DNA of 64,000 nt from Eledone cirrhosa (taxonomy: Eukaryota). The stretch lies in NCBI GenBank assembly GCA_964016885.1, contig OZ024740.1, positions 155,930,001-155,994,000 of the forward strand, in the 5' to 3' direction. Below are positions 55,234-64,000 of the stretch, piece by piece (position 1 is the first letter of the stretch; every line of letters begins with the position of its first letter). The notes under the pieces were generated by a model. The model was given only the letters and a program-made list of their open reading frames with translations, was not told the DNA's origin and made no database searches. The position numbers were made by a program, and so were the translations under genes.

Positions 55234-58200
55234 TAACATACCCAGAAACAACAACAATAGACACGCAGACACAAACAACAATAACAACACACAACAATAA
55301 TAACACACACGGAGACAACAACAACACACATCAACAACAGCACACATCAACAACAACAACACACACACATTCAATGCCTCTCACCACCACCACAATCTTA
55401 ACAAACACACAGACACAGAAAACAAGTAATGACAGTAGCACAGGAATCACAGAAATAAGGGGGAAAGTAATAGGATTAAAAGGAGAAGGGAGACTAAGGA
55501 CAAAGAAAATAACCAAAACGAACAGACAGACACACAAAATAGGGTAGATAACAACAATGAGCCAGTGGAAAGAGACAGGAGTAATTATGAGAGACATAGA
55601 AACAACTATGAGGCTGTTAGTGGAAATAGAAATAGAAACAACACAACTAACAATAACAATAGCACTAGTACACATAAAGCAGCAGCCTGGAACTCTACTT
55701 TTTATAATCCCTCCGATAAATTGTTCGACCTGCGACGAGTCCACGCCACGACTTTACCATTTAACAAACGCACGCAATTGCCGTCGCAGGTCGATGAACA
55801 AACAGAAGCACAATTTAGTATAGCTAGATCCGAACTTAGAAATATTATAGAACAGTATAGCAAGAAGCATAATAGAATGGAGGCCCAGCAACTGGGAGAA
55901 AAATCTGCAAATGGCTTGCGTAAGCTCATGCAGCGCTCGCGTAATAGAGAGATAGCATGCTTTCCAACAGACAAGTCTGGCAGAATGTCGGTTGACAGCC
56001 TGCCAAACTACATCCAGGCAATGCAACCCCCACATCACTAACACAAGAGAGGTAACACCACAGGAGCATGAGGATAGAGAAAAAGCCCTCAATGCCCATA
56101 TGGTGATGTGGACGAATATAATGCAGCCCAACAAAAGGACTGCCAACAACTTCCAGGCCTGGAACAATGACGTGCCGGCGTTGTATGGGCTTCGAAAAGA
56201 CCATAAAACGAGCAGTGACCCTGTCACGGGACCACCAACACGGCCAGTCTGTGGAGCTAACATTGCTAGTAACTACAGACTATCCTACTTCCTCTCCCTG
56301 ATCATACGCCCCATCATTGAAATGTCCCCAGATGTATGTGACAGCACGGAGGACCTCCTCAGCAGAATCGGCGAGAGTAACCGATCTAGGGACCTAACAA
56401 ACTGCATAATAGGTAGTATGGATGTTGTGTCCCTGTATTCATCTATTGACGTGGATTTTGCTGTGGAGAAATGCGTAGAAATGATCAGTGAGAGCAATGT
56501 TGAGTTCCGTGGGATTGATACCAGTGAGCTGGGACTCCTACTTAAACTTACCTATAGTAATAATTACCTAGACACATATGACCTTAGCAACCTGTGCCCT
56601 ATAAGACCAGCAAGAGGCAGACCACTTACCATTACCTCAATGGCCAAGAAAACCCACACAGATAGATGGAACGGGTGGACCAGAGCCATACGGACACCCG
56701 AAAACCACGATGAACTGAAGAAAATGATTGCACATGCGGTAGGGGCCAGCATAAAACTAACCCTTAAGGAACATATGTTCAAATTTAATGGAAAAACATA
56801 TGCCCAAGAGGAAGAAGCAGCCATTGGTGTTAGCATTGCAGGCGACATAGCTAACTTATTCATGGTATGGTGGGACAGTAGACTTAAACTTAAACTTAAA
56901 GAACAATTAGAAGACCCCTTAACCCTGATAATGTACTCCCGCTACGTTGATGATATAAACATCGTAGTTAAGACACCCCCCACTAGAGAACAGTCAGGAA
57001 CTAGAGAAAAACACAATGGAAAGCATCCAGCAAATAGCTAACTCTATCCACTAGAGTATTAGAGTTACTATAGACTACCCAAGTAAACACCCCAACCATC
57101 AATTACCTGTACTAGACACAGAGCTCTGGTTAGATACCATTAATAACAAAAAACAAATCCTCCATTCCCATTATGCCAAACCCATGACTTCCAAACATCT
57201 GATCCACCGAAACTCGGCCGTTTCGGACCATACTAAAATGAACATACTGATTGCGGATTTGGTACGGGTGATGAGAAACGTGTCCCGCATGTGCAACCCC
57301 GAAGAACTAGAGAGACACATACAACACTTCATCCACCGTATGCAGTTCTCTGGCTACAATCAGAGAGATAAAATCAGAGTGTATAGAGGAGCCAGAACCA
57401 AATGGGAAAAAATGGTAAATAATGACATAAATGGGACCTGCCCCTTGTATAGAAGCACATTTTGGAATAGAATAGAAAGAACTAGGAACAAGGCTAAGAG
57501 AATAAACTCATGGTATGATAGCAATAAATACCAGAGTGTAATGTTCATCGATACAACCCGTAGAGGTGAATTAGCTTACAAATTTAGAAGGGCCCTAGAT
57601 AAACATAAACTCAATATTAAGATAGTAGAAAGACCAGGTACCTCCGTAAAAACACTTATTAGCAAGACATACCCTTTTCAAAGACCCTCATGTATAGATA
57701 AGAAATGTATAACCTGTAAAATAAGCCCCCATATTAACTGTAAAACTAGAAATGTAGTGTATAGCATAAGATGTACTGAAGGACAATGTAGAGACAAAAA
57801 TATAGTGTACATAGGTGAGACAGCTCGTAGTGTAGGGGAACGGATAAATGAACACTGGCGAGACCTTCAAGATAGTAAAGAATCATCTGTACTCTACCAA
57901 CATGCTAAAATAGAACACAAGGGTAAATTAGAGAACATAGAAATAAAAATAGAATCTACACACAGAAAAGACGCAATGTTTAGACAAATCACAGAGGCAA
58001 TAAACATAAAAGAATTACAACCAAAATTAAATAGAAAATATGAGTGGAACAGCAACATCACAACTTACAATTAAGGACAAAATGAAAACACACACACACA
58101 TAGAACAAACAACCAACCAGTAACATGTAAATAAACAAATAAATAAATGAACATAAACACACACAGACACCCGGATGTCGCGCATGCGCAGGCTGAGCAC

Positions 58201-58530
58201 ACAACACACACACAGAAACAAAATGGCGTAGGACAGAACAAAGGAGAGGCACAAAAACAAAGAAAAGAATCCCCAGTCACTGAAGAGGTCACAGAGTGTG
58301 TGACGAAAGAACTATGACAATATATAAACAACTATCTGGTTGTGGAACCAACCAACCAACAAGAAATTTATAAATTTATAAATTTATTAATTTATTATAA
58401 TAAATTGAAGTGAAAGCAACTGGTGCGTGTGTTTCTTATTGGCAACATGACCCTCCCAAAGTATAACAATATCGGTTTCAACACACGATTTCAGATAAAG
58501 AATCTTGCTAAACAAATTCAGAAACGAAAT
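53815..58530 (+). mobile_element. PLE-A full-length copy: inverted pLTR piece (53815-53932), 5' pLTR (53933-54437), disrupted ORF 54329-58074, 3' pLTR (58012-58530)
   Basis: Classic partial-tandem PLE layout with RT and GIY-YIG motifs. Lesions near 55300, 56030, 56980 and 57052. Hammerheads at 54197-54239 and 58276-58318. Confidence 0.95.
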
Positions 58531-58622
58531 ATATATATATATATATATCAGAAGATCCCGTTAAGGGTGAAAGCAGCGATTCTTTGCTTAAACTTTAATC
58601 TGTTATTTTAATAAATAATAAA

Positions 58623-58723
<101 letters not shown>

Positions 58724-59650
58724 ATACACGGATAATGATTGCCTCTCTTATTTTTCGAGTAGTACTTCGTTTATTTTATTTAATATCCAAACTCGTTCAG
58801 GCTTGAAACTATCTATTTGGGAATTTTATTGACTGGTAGCAGACGATGAAAATTAAGTCCACTATATAAAAACCACTTAGCCTAAATGGTTGTTAAGTTT
58901 GCTGGAAATAGTAGTTAGATATCCCTCAAATTGAAAATTGTTGAACACAGGATAATATACTTCTAGATACACTACCTCTGAATAAAAAATGAGATGGTCA
59001 CGATGAAACCGCTACGTGGTCGCTCGGTGTGGTAGAAATAGCAGTCATATCTCATACAAATTACGCATTAATGTCTTAAAAATAGAAGATCACATTAAAG
59101 AAAATTGTCGTAGTTACACAAATTCCGAATAGAATAAGAGATGGCCACGATGAATCTTTAAATATCTTCATCTTGGTTGTAATTGTCGCAAAGTGTTTGC
59201 TGTTTGACACTCAGGCCTCATTCAAGTGCTTGTCGTATACGGTAATGTCCTCAGAATTTCAAACTCAATCGTTTATTCAAACCACAGGGGTAAACTGTTC
59301 TCATTCTATTGTCTATGTCAGTTATTATCGAAATTATGATGCCGCTTGAACTAGATCTATAAATTCACTGACTCAAGGGTAGAACTTAAGAAACCCCAAG
59401 AACGTTACGGAATGCAGCAGTCACTTGACGAAGCCAAGGAAGTACAATAGACGCAACCTTGTGACTATAATAAACATGAAGAATGATAATGCTTCATCTA
59501 AGAAATTCGGTAAAAGTCAAAAAATTAGTTACGTCTTATATATTGATTTCTAATTAAGGTACAAGGTCAGCAAACTTTGGGGGAATGGCAAAGTTGATTA
59601 AATCGACACCAGTACATAGGTGTTACTTCATTTTATCTACCTCGAATGGA

Positions 59651-59681
<31 letters not shown>

Positions 59682-59899
59682 CTTCTTCTTCTTCTTCTTC
59701 TTCTTCTTCTTGAGAGGGTCGTGGGAGCAGAGTTCGCAAATACTCCTTCCAGCGGATCCTGTCAGAAGCAACCATCTCCGACGTATGCATATGAGTGTTA
59801 TTACAAAGAAATCGCTTCGTTGTTTCTCATCGACAAGTCAACTTGTTAATGATAGACTCTCTCGTCGAAAACGATGAATGAGAATTCATTTCTTCGATC

Positions 59900-60190
59900 C
59901 AGTTGTTTCATAAAAGCTGAATTAGTGTGCAATGTGGCTGAGTATTTCATTAATTCCTGTATCTTTAACGTAATTTTCAAGTGGAATCAGCTTGATAAAG
60001 TGAGACAAAGCTGAATTTTTTAATTACAGATACAGCCCACTCGAAAGGATTCCATGCGGTTTTCGTCTACCCAATGTCACTCACAAGGCTTAGGCTGCTC
60101 GAGAACATAATAAAAACAACATTTGGCCAAGATGCCACGCAGTGGAATCGAACCCAAGACGCCATTATTTCAAAGCAAACTTATTAACAA
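59900..60190 (-). mobile_element. Old tRNA-derived SINE (related copy ~62560-62820)
   Basis: GGTTCGATTCCAC B-box on the minus strand, with shared downstream segments. Confidence 0.5.
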
Positions 60191-60324
60191 TTTGGCTTTG
60201 ATTAGTTGATGAAACAGAATTTAGACGTTCCATTGATTATTTAAACGAAATAATATATTGAAGGTTTTAGCCGAATGTGTTTCAAAGACCGCTTCTGTTG
60301 CTTTTGTTTCGGCGAACAAAATAT

Positions 60325-61290
60325 AGGAGTCTTATTTTTTAAAAAAATATATATATTTATTTGGTTTCTTTACCGGTTTCGCAGTTCTTCTGCTTTTCAA
60401 AAGTAGAGTTGAGATGGAGGGTCTGTAGTTTTTCTCACATCTGGTTGGTCTCTGAATGTTACTTGTTTTATATGGAAAAAGTGGCTCGAAATGCCAGGTT
60501 TTTCGAGAAGTAATTTGATTGGTTGGTCAATAATTATAATAAATTTCGCGGCAGTTCGCGTTACAAAGTTCTTCAAACAAGGGGGGGGGGGGGGTGTCAC
60601 AGGTTGTTTTTTCATATATGAGTGTTTGAATTTCTTTTTACTTAAAAAAAAGGGGGCTTACGAATGCTTTTTTAAAATAAACGTAATTTGATTGGTTATA
60701 AATGAAATTATGGCTGTCACGTGAACAAGTTTTCATTAAATTTTCGCGCCCTTATTTGGAAATCTATTCTGTAGCCTTTTTAGAGAATTTTATGACAAGT
60801 AAAAGATAATGGTCAAGAGAAATTGGGTGGGAGAATTGTATTGGTTCAGTGAATATGGTTAGTTCGCTGGGGTGTCAGAATTCAGATTTTCTATTGAATA
60901 AAAAAAAAGCAGTCGTGAGCCCCCTTTTTTTTTAAGTAAAAAGAAATTCAAACACTCATATATGAAAAAAACAACCTGTGACACCCCCCCCCCCCTGTTT
61001 GAAGAACTTTGTAACGCGAACTGCCGCGAAATTTATTATAATTATTGACCAACCAATCAAATTACTTCTCGAAAAACCTGGCATTTCGAGCCACTTTTTC
61101 CATATAAAACAAGTAACATTCAGAGACCAACCAGATGTGAGAAAAACTACAGACCCTCCATCTCAACTCTACTTTTGAAAAGCAGAAGAACTGCGAAACC
61201 GGTAAAGGAACCAAATAAATATATATATATTTTTTTAAAAATAAGACTCCAGTTGCATTTTCGATTTCATCTTTTTTTCTTTATATATAT
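60325..61290. mobile_element. PLE-B solo pLTR fold-back (60325-60897 minus, 60900-61290 plus)
   Basis: Homologous to 15770-16345. Inverted arms of ~350 bp, no ORF. Confidence 0.88.
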
Positions 61291-61333
61291 ATATATAAAG
61301 GATTATGAGTTCATGCAAGTGACTTATGTTTCG

Positions 61334-61373
<40 letters not shown>

Positions 61374-61399
61374 AATTTAATTTAATTTATAATACTTAC

Positions 61400-61443
61400 A
61401 TTAAATTGAAATCCCAAAAGCTACATACCGGATTTGAATAGTT
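61400..61443 (-). CDS. Adhesion GPCR exon (GAIN/GPS start: NYSNPVCSFWDFNL)
   Basis: ttttacAG acceptor and GTAAGT donor. 44 bp, phase 0/2. Encodes the C-x-F-W GPS start and joins in frame to exon 48589. Confidence 0.9.
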
Positions 61444-61975
61444 CTGTAAAAAACGAAAAACCAAAATATGTCAACAAAATGATAATATTGACATTTTAAA
61501 TCTATTAGGTCACATATTCATAAAGAAGGTTTCTGTCGACATGAATATTATTTTACATGGTCCTTATTTCAACCCGACTGGACCATATTGCATCAATTCA
61601 AGAAGAATGTATAGCACAACTGACCGTGATTCAATTTGAATTAAGATTATAGACGAATTTATTTTATTATTCTGTTTTTCGAGCATTAAGCTTTTAATAT
61701 ACTTAACAACGCAAAGGAATCGAAGACACAATCAAAAGATTTAACGTAATGAAATAAGTTCGACCATTACCATTTCAAGAGCCTCAACTATGCAATAAAA
61801 TCGAAGGTACAAGTTAAATCTTTAATATAACGAAAAACTATAAATTTATCATCAAAATAGAAATAAGAACATTTATGAAACATGAATAATCAAATACGGT
61901 AGAGCTTTTTCTAGACAGTTTCTGTCCTCTATCGCATTGCTAATGATATAGATAAGTTCAAACATTGGTATAAGG

Positions 61976-62323
61976 CAGAGGTTCTCAAAGTGGGCGCTAC
62001 TGCCCCCAGGAGGCGCTAGCGCCTAAGTGGATGATGATGAGGGTGAGGTGGGGTGGGTGGCAGTATGGATGATATAATAGTATATTAAATATCAAATGAT
62101 ACATGTTATATATAAATATAGTAAAATAAAAAAAAAATAATAATATCTATTTATATATAATATATATTATATTATTTATTATATATAAATTAACGATTTA
62201 ATTTATTATATATTATTTACAATTTTCATGTAGGCAGGTCTCTCTGGAAATAGGGTTGGGGGATGCGGAAGGTATTATGTGGCCATGAGGAGGGCGATGG
62301 CTTCAAAAGTTTGAGAACCTCTG
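61976..62323. mobile_element. hAT-type MITE
   Basis: TIR CAGAGGTTCTCAAA / TTTGAGAACCTCTG with exact 8-bp TSD GTATAAGG on both sides. Inserted into a SINE. Confidence 0.9.
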
Positions 62324-64000
62324 GTATAAGGCAACCAAATGTATTATCTGGAACTTTATATTATTGACTGAAGGATGAAGTACAAAAGTCGACATTGGCA
62401 AGATTTGAACTCAGAATGTAAAAGGATGTGATAAATAAGGTAGTACATATCCCTTCTCTACTGTTTTTGTTCTCCACCATGTTGATGGTGGTAACAACAA
62501 CAAAAAGGATATCTGATGATGGATTCTCCGTCAGTTTCGATGGCGAGCATCCAGTTGTTCGATGAAATGAAAGTCTGACAAGTTAAATTAATGTGTAAGT
62601 GGATTAATATTTTACAGACATGTTGACTCTTGAATTACAGGTACAAGCCACCCGAAGAGTTTCCATATGGTTTCCACGTGGTGTTCGTCTCCCGAATTTC
62701 ACAAGACTTAGATAGACCCGAGGCTATAGAATAAATTCATTTGTCTAAGATGTCATGTAAAACGATATAATTCGGGATCTCATATCTACGAACCGAACAT
62801 CTTAAGCACTCGGCCATATTTGTATTTACGATGAAAATTAGACTAGTTTAGTTATAATTTAGGTATACAATACAAAATTATAAACTATTATTTTCTCTAT
62901 GGATATGACTAAACAACTCATAATGATGAGGCGTTAACAAATACTGAGGCACAACACATCGATTAATTTTTCTGGTCGTAGAATAAAACATGTGGTTTGA
63001 CTATAATATTTACCTTCATACACTAGTATATACACTAACATATATTTATAAAAATGTATGTATGTATGTATGTATGTATGTATGTATGTATGTATGTATG
63101 TATGTATGTATGTATGTATGTATGTATGTATGTATGTATGTATGGGAGTGAAGGACCCCCTAGCCTTTGTCGGGGCATTCTTCTAGGAGAAGGCAACACA
63201 GGAAACTGGGATAACTCCGACATAAAACCTGCGGCTCAGTAGTTACCGATGATGTTGATCTTTTTTTCTTTTCGGGTTATAGCTACTGTCGCCCAGAGAG
63301 TGGGATTGGCTCAGTGCAGTCTTTCCTCACTTTAAAAAAAATCTTCATGTACAGGCATTGCATGATAGAATTAATTAATTGTTTCTAATTTTGGCACAAG
63401 GCCAGCAATAACCCAGTACACCACTGGTACTTTATTTTATCGACTCCAAAAGGATGAAAGGCAAAGTTAACCTCGGCAGGATTTGAACTCAGTCCGTAAA
63501 GGGACGTAACTATGCTGGAAAGCATGGCATCTGACTCTCTACCAATACTGCCAATCCACCGCCCTTGATAGAGACCATGATAAAGACCATGATAGAATTA
63601 ATTAATTGTTTCTACTTTAGGCACAAGGCCAGCAATAACCCAGTGCATTACTGGTACTTTATTTTATCGACCCCGTAAGGATGAAAGGCAAAGTCAACCT
63701 CGGCGGGATTTGAACTCAGATGGTAAAGGGACGTAACTATGCTGGAAAGCATGGCGTCCGACCCTCTACCGATACTGCCAATCCACCGCCCTTCTATCCA
63801 TGATAGAATTAATTAATAATCATTAATAATGGTATATCGTGCAATGGCAGCCATCATGTATGTATGTATGTCTGATAAGTGTGTCAAACTTTATCGATAT
63901 TTACCGGTGTAAACCGGCGCATCGATTTAATTTTATTTATGCAAAGTTAAAGTATCCATTCTATAAATATAGATCGATAAAATAAAAGTAGCACACGAAA

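Noticed and set aside
58545-58620. Hammerhead-like CAGAAGA-TCCC..GGGT-GAAA in a TA-flanked fragment (inverted homologue at 29880-29950)
   Set aside because: U4 is replaced by A, and there is no NUH or convincing stem I/III. Probably another element terminus.
62510-62580. CTGATGA followed by a hairpin
   Set aside because: GAAA is not adjacent to the stem and stems I/III are absent.

Overview
AT-rich animal genomic DNA, probably a mollusc or cephalopod (inferred from repeat families only). The host gene is a minus-strand adhesion GPCR (GAIN/GPS + secretin-type 7TM). I could splice seven exons by hand in a continuous frame: 61443-61400, 48589-48472, 33489-33383, 29640-29523, 25854-25701, 24681-24612 and 23484-23418. 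Its introns are packed with mobile DNA. This includes several families of Penelope-like elements (PLE; RT + C-terminal GIY-YIG) and short non-coding relatives, nearly all inserted in (TA)n with fold-back ends. It also includes four tandem R4/Dong-like RLE retrotransposons in (TAA)n, LINE and Helitron relics, tRNA-SINEs, MITEs and an 8.4 kb satellite of 28-bp hairpin units. The main non-coding signal is at least six distinct families of type I hammerhead ribozyme motifs, two of them with a compensatory U3-A8 core (UUGANAA). There is also a tandem ~430-480 bp retrozyme-like repeat, and a tandem/fold-back 287-bp repeat that carries a tRNA-like Pol III unit instead of a ribozyme. All alignments and folds were done by eye; repeat boundaries are approximate.
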